Shown here: piece by piece, positions 8,467 through 18,595 of the stretch
How positions within the stretch are numbered: position 1 is the first letter of the stretch
How the letters are laid out: every line of letters starts with the position of its first letter
Sequence record: PZ445437.1
Source: a phage
Strand: one strand, 5' to 3'
Length of the DNA stretch: 64,000 nucleotides
Translations under genes and position numbers: made by a program
Notes under the pieces: model-generated
Told to the model about the DNA's origin: nothing
Databases searched by the model: none
Seen by the model: only the letters and a program-made list of their open reading frames with translations

Positions 8467-9405
8467 TTATTTAAATTGCTCAGTAACGTCTTCAACTACT
8501 TCGTATTGGCAAGTACGCATTTTAGCATCGTTGTAATCAATCGGAATTGATACTACATCACGCGGATGTACTTTAACTTTTACGACTCGGCTGGTTGAAC
8601 TGCCAAAGTGACGAATATAAGATTTAGAACACACATGCAGACCACGAGAACAAGTTTGTGTATCATCGTCATTCACACGAGTACGCGGCATTTTAACTAC
8701 TTTACCAGGACTGTTATCAAAGGTGTTTGAGTGACAGTCAAAGTAGTTGTCACGAACTACTTTCCAAGCATAGAAGTAACCATCTTCTGTAATTTCAATA
8801 TCGTTTGCTACCAAGAAATCAAAGAGTCGAGATACCGCTTTTTGGCTTGGGTTTTCCAACAGATTTTCCAAGAACGGAAAATAAAATTCAAAGTTTTCGC
8901 CTTTTTCCATCGAGTCAAGAATACGATCAACCAAACCAGACCGCAATTCAATATTTTGATAGAACAAGCTTCCACCTTCAATTCGAACATCGCCGGAAAT
9001 ATATTTTTCAACAGCACGACGAACATTAATTTTTTGTGCCGCTTCTTCCAGCTTATCTGCTACAAGCAGATTAAGAATTTCCTGGAAGTTTGAATGAGTA
9101 TTAGGAGTTGCGTTATAAGTTACACCGTCAACAGTAATTGAAATGAATTTTTTAGATGCATTCCAAATAATGTCAGATTTAGCAACTGGAGCAATAACTG
9201 CATCGCTATTAACTTTAATTGTAATATCACCGCTAATAGTAACTTTAGAGCGTTTAGCTTCTTCAGCATTTTTCAAAACACGACGAATTGTGTCAACCGA
9301 TACACCTTGCCAATCAGCCAATTCCTGTTGGGTGTAATTACCACTTGAATACAGCTTAACAATTTCAGCTTGTTCGTTTTTGGTCAGGCATTTAATATTG
9401 TACAT
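8467..9405 (-). CDS. rIIB: rIIB
   Basis: 312 aa, the length of T4 rIIB, immediately downstream of rIIA. Confidence 0.8.
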   Translation of the reverse strand: MYNIKCLTKNEQAEIVKLYSSGNYTQQELADWQGVSVDTIRRVLKNAEEAKRSKVTISGDITIKVNSDAVIAPVAKSDIIWNASKKFISITVDGVTYNATPNTHSNFQEILNLLVADKLEEAAQKINVRRAVEKYISGDVRIEGGSLFYQNIELRSGLVDRILDSMEKGENFEFYFPFLENLLENPSQKAVSRLFDFLVANDIEITEDGYFYAWKVVRDNYFDCHSNTFDNSPGKVVKMPRTRVNDDDTQTCSRGLHVCSKSYIRHFGSSTSRVVKVKVHPRDVVSIPIDYNDAKMRTCQYEVVEDVTEQFK

Positions 9406-9416
9406 AATTTTCCTTA

Positions 9417-11594
9417 TTAGGCCGCAAGGGCCTTCATAGTTTTAGCGATTTGGGAAACTTCATCATCACTTAAAGAGTTGCGATAACCGATGAAGTCGGA
9501 AACAATACGGAATTTCTTGGTAAACTCAGCAACCATTTTATCACTGTTTTTTGAAGCATTATTTGATAGTACATCAAAAAGATTAGTTACTGTCCAGATG
9601 TCATGACCGATGGTATCTTTTCCACCATTAAAATATACGCCGCGCAATGAACTAACTATATTAGCGAGTCGTGTATATTCTTCAGAAACTTCATCTGTAC
9701 TGAAGTACTTCATCATAAAATCTAGTTCAGGATACTTGATAATTTTATCAATATATCGTTGAGCTGAACTTGAATAACCTACATACTTATCATAATCTAC
9801 ATCATCAAAAGCATCTACATATAAATCACGCAAAGCTTCAAAAATACATTGGCACTGACCGAGTTCTTTTACCTTTTTCTGTAAAAGCGGACGAATAACA
9901 TAAAATTCATTAATGCCAATAAGATTAGCCATACGAATCAAAATATTCATAGATGGATGACAAAGCGATGTAGTACCATCCATAGAGAAAATATCAGAAC
10001 GATGCATATACGCTACATAACCAGTAATTTCATCTGCTTCTGACGTGAGTGTAAATAGTTCCTCTTTTTCCCATCGCCCATCTTTAATTTCAAATTTAAA
10101 TGCTGTAGCAGCTTTAGGACGAGGAGCTTTACTTTTAACTACCTTTGGAATATAGCTTTTAACTAAAGCTTCAATTTCTGACAAATAATGAATGTTAACT
10201 TCATCACTTTCAAACATTGCCATAATATCAGGTAGTAAATCAATCTGCGATTCTACTTCCGGATTAATAAACAGAAGACGCTCATTGTGATGAATATTTA
10301 AGGTGTTATTAAATTCACTATCATCTAATGCACGTGCTAATCCACGGACAATATTAACACGATTTTTAATATTATCAATAACAATATTAATTTTTGTCGT
10401 ATTAATACCAAACAGACGATAACTTGATGCAACGGCTGAAGTTTCATGACTTTGCTTAATACGCTTCAGTCGAGGGTCAAGATTTACTTCATACACAACT
10501 CCTGCATTGCATAACTTACTGTCAGGTTCAAACATGCTCTGCATCTTCTTATATGACAGATTTTTAGTCGTGAATTTGACTGAATTACTAATCATATAAT
10601 CTCGAGCAGAATACCCCATCTTCATCAATTCACGATATGTATGACGAGGAGATGTAGATTCTTTAAATCGTTTTACATCTTCATTAAATGCTTTCTCACT
10701 GAGTTCTTTAACTCGTTCAATAATATTTTTACGAGTACGATCATCTAGTGAAAGAGCCTCACGAGATGGAGCAATATCAAGTGAACCCATTGGAAACTTA
10801 ATGTAATTCACTTCATTGCGGATGCTTAGCCAGTTACGGTCTCTAATAACACCATCGATAGGATAAACAATACCGCCATAGATAGCATATAATCCACCAC
10901 GATCTGGCCAGTATCTTTCTGGATTTACGCCATAATAATCATCAAAATCCGGAAAATAATCAATTTCGCGGTCAAGACCATTAATGATAGCCAAATCTTT
11001 GAACGGTCGCATGATATAAGAAACTTCATAAGCAAAGTTTCTAAAGTCTTTTTCTTCAACTGGAACTACGATTTCAATACCAGTTTTATCATCTGGACCC
11101 ATTTCTTTTACGAATGTAGGTTTAATCTGTGGGCCATCACCATCCATGTAAGCTACATAACCACGAATTTCACCTTTATGATACGAAGTAATACTAAACG
11201 TATCAGTATAACTAAACGGAGATTTAGAACCTAAACCAAATCCGCCAATGAAATCGTTAGATTCAGCCTTAGATGAACTGAAGTATGAATTATACAGTCC
11301 AGGAGAATTATCATCACCCTGAATATCAAAATCACTCATACCCGGACCAAAATCTCGGCAAACAAATCGCGGGTCTAATCGTCCTGGAACTTGAATGATA
11401 AATTTTTCAGGATTTCCATTGAGAGCATGGGCATCAATCATGTTAGTAATCAATTCACGAACTACTGCGCGAATCTTGTTTGTATACAAATCAGATGACA
11501 GAATTTTAAATACTTTAGGAGACGCTGTGATGCTAAATGCTTTTGATTTAGAACCATTACCAAGAATTGTTTCTTTTTCAGTGGTGATAATCAT
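9417..11594 (-). CDS. rIIA: rIIA (GHKL-type ATPase domain protein)
   Basis: 725 aa, the length of T4 rIIA; N-terminal GHKL/Bergerat ATPase motifs ([24 protein letters not shown]). Confidence 0.85.
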   Translation of the reverse strand: MIITTEKETILGNGSKSKAFSITASPKVFKILSSDLYTNKIRAVVRELITNMIDAHALNGNPEKFIIQVPGRLDPRFVCRDFGPGMSDFDIQGDDNSPGLYNSYFSSSKAESNDFIGGFGLGSKSPFSYTDTFSITSYHKGEIRGYVAYMDGDGPQIKPTFVKEMGPDDKTGIEIVVPVEEKDFRNFAYEVSYIMRPFKDLAIINGLDREIDYFPDFDDYYGVNPERYWPDRGGLYAIYGGIVYPIDGVIRDRNWLSIRNEVNYIKFPMGSLDIAPSREALSLDDRTRKNIIERVKELSEKAFNEDVKRFKESTSPRHTYRELMKMGYSARDYMISNSVKFTTKNLSYKKMQSMFEPDSKLCNAGVVYEVNLDPRLKRIKQSHETSAVASSYRLFGINTTKINIVIDNIKNRVNIVRGLARALDDSEFNNTLNIHHNERLLFINPEVESQIDLLPDIMAMFESDEVNIHYLSEIEALVKSYIPKVVKSKAPRPKAATAFKFEIKDGRWEKEELFTLTSEADEITGYVAYMHRSDIFSMDGTTSLCHPSMNILIRMANLIGINEFYVIRPLLQKKVKELGQCQCIFEALRDLYVDAFDDVDYDKYVGYSSSAQRYIDKIIKYPELDFMMKYFSTDEVSEEYTRLANIVSSLRGVYFNGGKDTIGHDIWTVTNLFDVLSNNASKNSDKMVAEFTKKFRIVSDFIGYRNSLSDDEVSQIAKTMKALAA
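9419..9433 (-). terminator. Intergenic hairpin between rIIA and rIIB
   Basis: aggccgcaagggcct palindrome. Confidence 0.35.
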
Positions 11595-11604
11595 AATTTC
11601 CTCA

Positions 11605-11808
11605 TTAATTCATATTACGCTTAATAACTTCAGCAACTTCTAGTAGTTCATCTTTAGTTGCGGTGTCGGATTGAATTTTATCTCTAATATCTTTAAAGCG
11701 GTTTTTAAATTCTTCGGCTTCTCCCATATCGAAAAAGCGTTGAATGATTCTATATTCTCGATGAACTGCTTTATCAAAAAGCTCTAAATTTACTTTATAT
11801 GATTTCAT
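11605..11808 (-). CDS. Hypothetical protein (67 aa, rIIA.1 position)
   Basis: ORF between gene 39 and rIIA; charged helical protein. Confidence 0.5.
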   Translation of the reverse strand: MKSYKVNLELFDKAVHREYRIIQRFFDMGEAEEFKNRFKDIRDKIQSDTATKDELLEVAEVIKRNMN

Positions 11809-11862
11809 TTCAATATCCTCATTTGCCCAATTAATTATACCACATCCTTGTGGTAAAGTAAA

Positions 11863-13683
11863 CTACTGGCTCATCCATTCTTTACGAAGGTCAGCATTAT
11901 CTCCCATGAGCATTTCAAAAAGCTCTTTCCAGTTCTCAGGAAGTTTAACAACATCATATACTGGGTTTTGAATCATCTCACGATATTCAGATTTTTCCAA
12001 AGAGCCAAGTCCCTTAATATAACGGATGCTATGTTTAGGTAGAGCATCTTTGGCACTCTCATATTCAGCGACTGTATAAAACCATTCTTGTTTTTTACCG
12101 ACCTGAGCGATGATTACAGGAGTTTTGACAAAGCGAATTCGTCCTTGCTCAAACAATTCTGGCCAATTACTAAAAAACCCGAGCAGAGAAGGATAAATGC
12201 TTCCTAGACCATCATGGTCAGCATCAGTCATAATAGCAATATTATGATAATTCAAGTTTTCAGCTTTTTCACCAAGAACTAATCCAGTGATTGCGCAAAT
12301 ATCAAATAGTTCTTTATTTTTAAGCATATCAGCATATGACATACCCCAACTGTTGAGAACTTTACCACGCAATGGATAACCACCATGAAGTTCTTTATCA
12401 CGAACATCAATAAGATATCCGATAGCAGAATCACCCTCAGTCAAGAAAAGAGTAGTATCAGCATCTTTACCGCAAAGATTCGCTTTGATATGTTTATGAA
12501 CCTTAGCTTTAGAAGCCTTTTTAGCTGCTTTAGTTTCTGCTGCTTTTTCTGCCGCCAATTTACGAGCCAAAGCAGCTTCAATAATCGGCATTAGAATTGC
12601 TTCATTATTTAGAATAGCACGTGAAATCTTTTTAGCATCAAGTTGAATATGACTACGGATTTCACCAAATGGAGAAGTCAAACGCTCTTTAGTTTGAGAA
12701 TCAAATCGCATGTTTTTCATATCACGGACAAACATAACGATAGTCAAACATTCTTTGACACGTGCTTTAGTTACATCAATTTTGAACTTACGTTTGATTT
12801 GTGGAATAAGGTCTTCACAAATATCATCCATAACACAGTCAATGTGATGGCCACCATTCTTAGTATGAATGTTATTGACGTATGTTAATTGACGAAAACC
12901 ATCTGGTGAACGACCAACCGCAATAGAACAATTTTCTTGTTCTTGAACGATAGCATGTTCATCATACTGTCGTGCGTATTTCTTAAAATTACCCTGAACC
13001 TTTTTACCATTAAAGGTAAATTGAATATCAGGATAAACAACAGCAAGTGTCTGGAGACGATCCAGTGTAATGTCAAGATAAACTTGGGACAGCTCATTAG
13101 TTTCAAATGACATAAAATCTGGAATGAAAGTAACACGAGTTCCTTTCCATTTTCCAGGAATAGTTTCCCAGGATTTATTTTCCATGCCATTTGAACAACG
13201 AACTACAATATTATTTTGACCATCGCCAGTTTCACCGACAAACATCACAGAAAAAATGTTAGTTAAACTAGAACCAACACCATTCATACCACCGGTGACA
13301 CGTTCTTTATCATCACCAAAGTTACCACCCGCTTTTGGAATAGTCCAAGCAGCAACTGGACCAGGAATTTCTTCACCGGTAGGTGTTTTAACCATCGCTT
13401 GTGGAATACCACGACCGTTATCTTCAACTGTTACTTGATTGTTTTTGATAGTAACATTAATTTTATTTGCGAATTTAAACTTAGTACGAATACCTTCATC
13501 TACTGAGTTATCGATAATTTCATCAATAAGCTTAACAAGACCAGGTACATACTGAACACTTTCCCATTTACCAAACAGAAAGCGCTCATGCATTTCATTA
13601 GCAGAAGAGCCAATATACATGCCGCTACGCTTTTTGATATGTTCAATATCGCTCAGAATTTTAATTTCATTCTTAATCATCAC
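11863..13683 (-). CDS. 39: DNA topoisomerase II large subunit gp39 (GyrB-like), unsplit (gene 60 portion fused)
   Basis: 606 aa continuous ORF; GHKL ATPase motifs (EIIDNSVDEG, DNGRGIP, GGMNGVGSS) plus TOPRIM (LTEGDSA, DADHDG). Confidence 0.9.
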   Translation of the reverse strand: MMIKNEIKILSDIEHIKKRSGMYIGSSANEMHERFLFGKWESVQYVPGLVKLIDEIIDNSVDEGIRTKFKFANKINVTIKNNQVTVEDNGRGIPQAMVKTPTGEEIPGPVAAWTIPKAGGNFGDDKERVTGGMNGVGSSLTNIFSVMFVGETGDGQNNIVVRCSNGMENKSWETIPGKWKGTRVTFIPDFMSFETNELSQVYLDITLDRLQTLAVVYPDIQFTFNGKKVQGNFKKYARQYDEHAIVQEQENCSIAVGRSPDGFRQLTYVNNIHTKNGGHHIDCVMDDICEDLIPQIKRKFKIDVTKARVKECLTIVMFVRDMKNMRFDSQTKERLTSPFGEIRSHIQLDAKKISRAILNNEAILMPIIEAALARKLAAEKAAETKAAKKASKAKVHKHIKANLCGKDADTTLFLTEGDSAIGYLIDVRDKELHGGYPLRGKVLNSWGMSYADMLKNKELFDICAITGLVLGEKAENLNYHNIAIMTDADHDGLGSIYPSLLGFFSNWPELFEQGRIRFVKTPVIIAQVGKKQEWFYTVAEYESAKDALPKHSIRYIKGLGSLEKSEYREMIQNPVYDVVKLPENWKELFEMLMGDNADLRKEWMSQ

Positions 13684-13707
13684 TTATCCTCGTTTGGTTT
13701 CGGGAAT

Positions 13708-13734
13708 ATTATACTCCGGTAATCATAAAGCTAA
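13708..13734 (-). promoter_or_regulatory. Candidate MotA-dependent middle promoter upstream of gene 39
   Basis: Minus strand reads TTAGCTTTA (MotA-box-like, one mismatch to TGCTT), 12 nt, TATAAT. Confidence 0.45.
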
Positions 13735-13750
13735 AGGCCCGAAGGCCTTT
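13733..13750 (-). terminator. GC-rich tetraloop hairpin
   Basis: aaaggcc-cgaa-ggccttt immediately after the upstream stop. Confidence 0.45.
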
Positions 13751-14019
13751 TATTTAAAACGAATAGTTGAATCCTTAAAGAACAGCCCAGAACATACTGT
13801 TCCTTCTACTTTCTGCCCAGTAGGTCCAACAGCACGAAATCCAGTATGTTGGAAATCATTTTCAGAGCAACCGAACCAGTTATATCCAGTGATTTCAATA
13901 TTCGTAAAACCACTTGATGATAAAATTTTAGTTGCATTATCAGCATCAGTGCATCCTACTAAAGATACTGCTAATACTAATGCTGCGATAGAACGATTAA
14001 CATATTTCATAATTTTCAC
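13750..14019 (-). CDS. Putative lipoprotein (89 aa)
   Basis: Signal peptide with lipobox (AALVLAVSLVGC). Confidence 0.55.
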   Translation of the reverse strand: MKIMKYVNRSIAALVLAVSLVGCTDADNATKILSSSGFTNIEITGYNWFGCSENDFQHTGFRAVGPTGQKVEGTVCSGLFFKDSTIRFK

Positions 14020-14387
14020 TTAAATTTAATGGCTTGAAGGAGACTAATAATTCTTAAACGGCTTCTTTCATCTTTAACTGTAAAAGAAAGAGGGTCGCCA
14101 GATTTCATAGTAATAGTGCATTCAAAATCAAAATCTTCTGTGACTTCTTCGAAGAAGTCAAATTCTTCATCATAAATTAGAACACTACTTTGCAGACTGT
14201 GGAGAGTTTTTCCAGCATTTCCAGATGCTGTACCAATCATTGTAACATTATGACCTTTCATATCTTCAACGATAAATTCGTTTGTCAATATTACAGCATT
14301 AATAGAACTATTCCTATTACTAACAGAAAGTAGAAATTTCTGTTCTTCACCTTCACGAATACGATATTTCTTACCAATTTTAAACAT
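14016..14387 (-). CDS. Hypothetical protein (123 aa)
   Basis: ORF coupled to neighbours. Confidence 0.5.
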   Translation of the reverse strand: MFKIGKKYRIREGEEQKFLLSVSNRNSSINAVILTNEFIVEDMKGHNVTMIGTASGNAGKTLHSLQSSVLIYDEEFDFFEEVTEDFDFECTITMKSGDPLSFTVKDERSRLRIISLLQAIKFK

Positions 14388-14389
14388 AA

Positions 14390-14566
14390 TTACCCTTTAA
14401 GTAAGTCGTAAAAACCACCATTCACATGCTTAGGAGCAGAAGGCCGACGAGTAGACAGACGATGACATTTAGGGCAAACATCATTTTCTCGTTCAGAAAT
14501 CTTTTTAATTTTTTCATATTCATGCCCGCAATCTTCGGATTGGCATTTATAATCATACATTGGCAT
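14390..14566 (-). CDS. Small zinc-ribbon protein, FmdB-like (58 aa)
   Basis: MPMYDYKCQSEDCGHEYE...CPKCH: the Cys-x-x-Cys pair arrangement typical of FmdB-type zinc ribbons; under 60 aa so absent from the track. Confidence 0.5.
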   Translation of the reverse strand: MPMYDYKCQSEDCGHEYEKIKKISERENDVCPKCHRLSTRRPSAPKHVNGGFYDLLKG

Positions 14567-14568
14567 AA

Positions 14569-14994
14569 TTATTCCTTAAAATGTGCTTTCAACATCTGAT
14601 ACAAGGACCATGCATGTTCATTATTTTCAATAGTAACTTTCATGACCGGGAATTCTGTGAAATCTTCTATTTGTTCTTGCTCTTTCTCTTCCTGCTCTTG
14701 CTCTTCGGCTGCCTGGTATGGATTTTCCACTTCATCAAAGAATACAGCTTCGCTCGTTGAAAGCCAGATAAAATCTTCATCCAAAATATCTTTACCAGAA
14801 GATAACGCCAATTTTCCACTAGATGTCACAAGTTTAGTAGGACGACCAAGATAGTCAATATCTGTAACTCTAAAAGGTTCCATACCAAGACGACGTGCAT
14901 AAATTCCGTTTTCAGTATGGTCCTTGATAAAATCTTCTTGAGCTTGTTTATTTTTAAATTGATACCATTTATTAACTTCAAATTTAATAGCCAT
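14569..14994 (-). CDS. goF: GoF-like protein
   Basis: 141 aa, the length of T4 GoF, in the same position; acidic [12 protein letters not shown] stretch. Synteny-based. Confidence 0.45.
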   Translation of the reverse strand: MAIKFEVNKWYQFKNKQAQEDFIKDHTENGIYARRLGMEPFRVTDIDYLGRPTKLVTSSGKLALSSGKDILDEDFIWLSTSEAVFFDEVENPYQAAEEQEQEEKEQEQIEDFTEFPVMKVTIENNEHAWSLYQMLKAHFKE

Positions 14995-15209
14995 TAATAA
15001 GTTTCCTTCCAGTAAGTTGTGCCATCTTCAGTAATTTCACGAAATACACCGTAAATTGGTTGTTTATCACCAACCTTTTCATACACATAAACCGAAGTCA
15101 AGTGAGTAAACTTAACGGTATGTTCTTTTTGAACTACTACCAAATCTGGATCGAATAGTACATCTTCAAATTCGTCATTAGTGCAATTCTGAACAATTTT
15201 ACGTTTCAT
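14994..15209 (-). CDS. cef: Cef-like protein
   Basis: 71 aa, the length of T4 Cef, downstream of goF. Synteny-based. Confidence 0.4.
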   Translation of the reverse strand: MKRKIVQNCTNDEFEDVLFDPDLVVVQKEHTVKFTHLTSVYVYEKVGDKQPIYGVFREITEDGTTYWKETY

Positions 15210-15222
15210 TACAATTTCCTCA

Positions 15223-15504
15223 TTAATTGAACAGTGGAGCGATGCGTTTCAGAAGAGTAGCAGCACCTTTAGCGAATTTTACATCATGAAAAACAGTTTC
15301 TTCTTCCGTTACAACACGAGCTTTAATGTTTTCACAATCCCAATTTTTGCGAACAATCTTCAAAAGCTGCAGTAAATCTTTACATTCAGCAATATCGATA
15401 ACACATCCACGAGAATCTTCCATTATCGCACGATAACCGTAAGCCATACCATAATCATTGAAAGATTGCTCGATGATAATTAAATTTTCCATTTTATTCT
15501 CCAA
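15223..15504 (-). CDS. Hypothetical protein (93 aa)
   Basis: ORF preceded by a variant promoter cassette. Confidence 0.45.
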   Translation of the reverse strand: MENKMENLIIIEQSFNDYGMAYGYRAIMEDSRGCVIDIAECKDLLQLLKIVRKNWDCENIKARVVTEEETVFHDVKFAKGAATLLKRIAPLFN

Positions 15505-15589
15505 GTTGTTTTCTGTATCAGTAGTTGATATTGATATAGTACCATAATCAACTACTGATGTATATAGTTTTATGAAAAAATTTTAAACT

Positions 15590-16081
15590 TTATGCATAGC
15601 GAGCTTTGCTATAGTGTTTAATCCAACTTTCAGGAATGACTTTGTATGTTCCTAAAAATACCGCGTTGTATAACTTAACGCCATCTTCTACCCATTGATC
15701 AGTAATGTATGCACACATAGCGCGAGTACGGTTAACAACACCTTCCTCACCTTCAGTAAATTCAAACTCATAAGGAGCAACGAACTTAATAGCCTGACCG
15801 AGTTTCCACTTAAAGTCTACACCTACATGCGAAGTATCAATCGTTTCAATTCCTTTAGCAGGAACAGCTTTCAAAAACGCAGATTCAAGAAATTTCGCAC
15901 GAACATAGCCAAACTGAGGTTTAGACTTTCCATCTTTAGGAATGATACGCACTTTTACTTCAGAATCTTCATCTTTAACACCGTGTTTAAGCTGAATGCT
16001 TACAACTTCGACCAATTTTCCTGCCGCTTTAGAGCGGGATTTATCAGATACACGAGCTAATTCACCAATATTAATAATCAT
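15590..16081 (-). CDS. motB: MotB-like protein
   Basis: 163 aa (T4 MotB 162 aa) in the expected position; shares a C-terminal domain with the next ORF. Confidence 0.5.
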   Translation of the reverse strand: MIINIGELARVSDKSRSKAAGKLVEVVSIQLKHGVKDEDSEVKVRIIPKDGKSKPQFGYVRAKFLESAFLKAVPAKGIETIDTSHVGVDFKWKLGQAIKFVAPYEFEFTEGEEGVVNRTRAMCAYITDQWVEDGVKLYNAVFLGTYKVIPESWIKHYSKARYA

Positions 16082-16154
16082 AGTTATCTCTCACTTGTTA
16101 AAAAGATTTTATACTCCACGGGACCATTATACTCTGGTCCCAAGAGTTTGTAAA

Positions 16155-16592
16155 CTAGCTTACACGAACATTAATCACTGCGCTGCGAGGAACTACAGAG
16201 TACTCTCCAGCATGAACTACGTTCAGAAGTTCAACACCATCTTCAATCCACTGATCAGTCACCCATCCACCCACAGGATTCGCGAATGGACGACGAATAT
16301 AAACTGCCTTACACAGTAGATCAGTTGGATCTTCAGGTTTTTCAATTTCTGTCAATAGACTAAAATCTTTTTCATAAATAATAAGCGGTGATACCATTCC
16401 ATAATAGTTTCTAATTTCAATATACATCATACCGATAAGAATTCCGCTATTAACACTAATAACAGTAAAAGGATATCCGCCAGTTAAACCAAGAAGTTCA
16501 CAAAACTTATTATGAGCTGTATTAGACAGTACCGAAAAATTCTTAATTTCATCAAATTTTTTCAATTGATAAACAGCATTATTTTTAATCAT
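16155..16592 (-). CDS. Hypothetical protein, MotB C-terminal-domain paralog (145 aa)
   Basis: C-terminus VTDQWIEDGVELLNVVHAGEYSVVPRS parallels MotB-like ITDQWVEDGVKLYNAVFLGTYKVIPES. Confidence 0.45.
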   Translation of the reverse strand: MIKNNAVYQLKKFDEIKNFSVLSNTAHNKFCELLGLTGGYPFTVISVNSGILIGMMYIEIRNYYGMVSPLIIYEKDFSLLTEIEKPEDPTDLLCKAVYIRRPFANPVGGWVTDQWIEDGVELLNVVHAGEYSVVPRSAVINVRVS

Positions 16593-16602
16593 AATTTTCT
16601 CT

Positions 16603-17115
16603 TTAATCTAAGGTAATAAAGCCTTTTAATTCGGCATGTGACTTGCGGAACATTACTTGATGCCCACCAATGATAACTTGGTCATCTGGCACTTCATAAA
16701 TCGCAATGTACATTCCACGTTCTTTTAAGTCTTCACGCTCTTCTCGAGTGAACCATCTCATCATATCATATTCGCTAGCGAAAGCAAAATGATATAATGC
16801 AATAAACCACAATGGAATATAATTTTCAATTCGTGAATAATCTTTATTCCATTTAGTTTTAATAACATCATTAGCATTTTCAACTAATAACTTATCATCG
16901 TGTGGAATAGGAATACTTTCATGGCTTTCATAATTATCGCTATGATGATGAAATGACGATGAATTAATACCGCAAAATTTTAGCCAAGTTCGAGTTTTCA
17001 TAGAATCAAATCCACGATAAGGAGTTGATTGAACGCATAACTCTTGCCTAATTTTGACTATACCACTATCATCATTTAATGCGCTAAACGATGATTCAAC
17101 ACGATAAATTTTCAT
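16603..17115 (-). CDS. Hypothetical protein (start at MKIYRV...)
   Basis: Internal ATG with SD GAGGA downstream of a promoter cassette; the track ORF is N-terminally extended. Confidence 0.45.
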   Translation of the reverse strand: MKIYRVESSFSALNDDSGIVKIRQELCVQSTPYRGFDSMKTRTWLKFCGINSSSFHHHSDNYESHESIPIPHDDKLLVENANDVIKTKWNKDYSRIENYIPLWFIALYHFAFASEYDMMRWFTREEREDLKERGMYIAIYEVPDDQVIIGGHQVMFRKSHAELKGFITLD

Positions 17116-17178
17116 TTTATTATCCTCAGTAGCTATGGTGTTATAATACCACAACTAACCGAGGAAGTAAACAACTTT

Positions 17179-17862
17179 TTATCGTTTTGTTGGAAGAGAT
17201 AGAGGATCGCACTCTTCCTCTGACGGAGCATCTTCAAGACCCATAGCATAGCGCAAAGCATACTTCATCATCAGGATGTCTTTCGCACAGTCATGAATAG
17301 AATCATGTGCAACGAATCCATCTAAAGTTCCCTTTGGAAGAGGACATGTGGTCATATCACGAACAAGCAGAAGTGCTTCAATTCTGGTACGAATATCACG
17401 CTGATTCCAGAATTTACAAGGTTCTAACTTAAACGTATCAAGCTCATTCTCGGAAACGCCGTTAAGACGTTGAATATCGCGAATGAGATCGACTAAAATT
17501 GGAAAATCAAACGACATTCCACGGCACCAACCTTGAGATTTCCAAGGATCGATATTATGTGCATTGATGTAATCATTAAATTTTGCAATACCATCGATAG
17601 TGCTTACATCTTCATCGGATGGTGCAATATTTTTTCGAGCTTCAGGAGACTGATTTTTCCACCATTCGATAGTGCTTTTAGTAAAAAGACGGTGTCCTTT
17701 TTGACTTTTTAAGTCAAATTTAATTTTAATGCCACGTGAAACTAATTCATCAAATGTTTCAACGACTTCTGGATTAGGGTCAAAAGCAATTACAGCCAAA
17801 TCAATAACAGCTGCTTTTTCACCGCTTCCCATTGTTTCAAAATCTATAATAAAATCAAACAT
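17179..17862 (-). CDS. dexA: Exonuclease A (DnaQ-like 3'-5' exonuclease)
   Basis: 227 aa, the length of T4 DexA; DEDDh-type exonuclease motifs (FDFETMG... HDSIHDC). Confidence 0.8.
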   Translation of the reverse strand: MFDFIIDFETMGSGEKAAVIDLAVIAFDPNPEVVETFDELVSRGIKIKFDLKSQKGHRLFTKSTIEWWKNQSPEARKNIAPSDEDVSTIDGIAKFNDYINAHNIDPWKSQGWCRGMSFDFPILVDLIRDIQRLNGVSENELDTFKLEPCKFWNQRDIRTRIEALLLVRDMTTCPLPKGTLDGFVAHDSIHDCAKDILMMKYALRYAMGLEDAPSEEECDPLSLPTKR

Positions 17863-18119
17863 TAAACTTTCCTCGCTAAATCGCGAATTTGGCCTACAGT
17901 ATAGTCTTGAATATAAACTTTATTAATAGGCTCATCAATAAATTTTGCCATAGATTCAATATCTTTTTGTATCTCTTTAAGACTGTATACTATCTTTGAA
18001 GCTTTTTCGCGAATAGTAATATTTTCAGGACCTGGATTTTCTTCAATGACAGCTTTAACATTTGTCATAAGAGATTTAAACTGGTACCAACTCAACTCAA
18101 TCATTAATAATCGCCTCAT
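17862..18119 (-). CDS. Hypothetical protein (85 aa)
   Basis: Similar in size and pattern to the next 86-aa ORF (probable paralogs). Confidence 0.4.
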   Translation of the reverse strand: MRRLLMIELSWYQFKSLMTNVKAVIEENPGPENITIREKASKIVYSLKEIQKDIESMAKFIDEPINKVYIQDYTVGQIRDLARKV

Positions 18120-18357
18120 AAAGATAGCTAATTTCGCCTAAAACGTAATCATTGATTGTAACAGTTTTCACTTCACCGCAAAAGAATTCTAACGCAATTA
18201 AATCTCGTTCAATTTCTTCTAATTGAAGCATCAACTTATTAGATTCAATTTTTACAGTTTCACGATTTTTACCATGAGCAATTTCATAAATTTCGCTAAC
18301 TTTATCCTGAAGAAGATAAAACTGATCTTTAGTTATTTCCACGAATAGCTTCCTCAA
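18097..18357 (-). CDS. Hypothetical protein (86 aa)
   Basis: ORF; paralog-like to 17862..18119. Confidence 0.4.
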   Translation of the reverse strand: MRKLFVEITKDQFYLLQDKVSEIYEIAHGKNRETVKIESNKLMLQLEEIERDLIALEFFCGEVKTVTINDYVLGEISYLYEAIIND

Positions 18358-18589
18358 ATTTAATTAGTAATTTACAGACACTTTCATCTAGTGTAATTAC
18401 CGTATCTGTATTACTGTGATATGATTGTTTTTCAATTCGTTTAATTGCTAATATAGTATCACTTATAAGATAAAGCTTATGAAGGAGCTCAGCTCCTGTT
18501 ACCATAACATTAAGATTATCTTGCTTATTAGTATGCTTCCTTATACCATCTATTAGACGATTTAAATATTTTGAATTGATGTTAATCAT
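18329..18589 (-). CDS. Hypothetical protein (86 aa)
   Basis: ORF immediately downstream of dda. Confidence 0.4.
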   Translation of the reverse strand: MININSKYLNRLIDGIRKHTNKQDNLNVMVTGAELLHKLYLISDTILAIKRIEKQSYHSNTDTVITLDESVCKLLIKFEEAIRGNN

Positions 18590-18595
18590 ATAACC

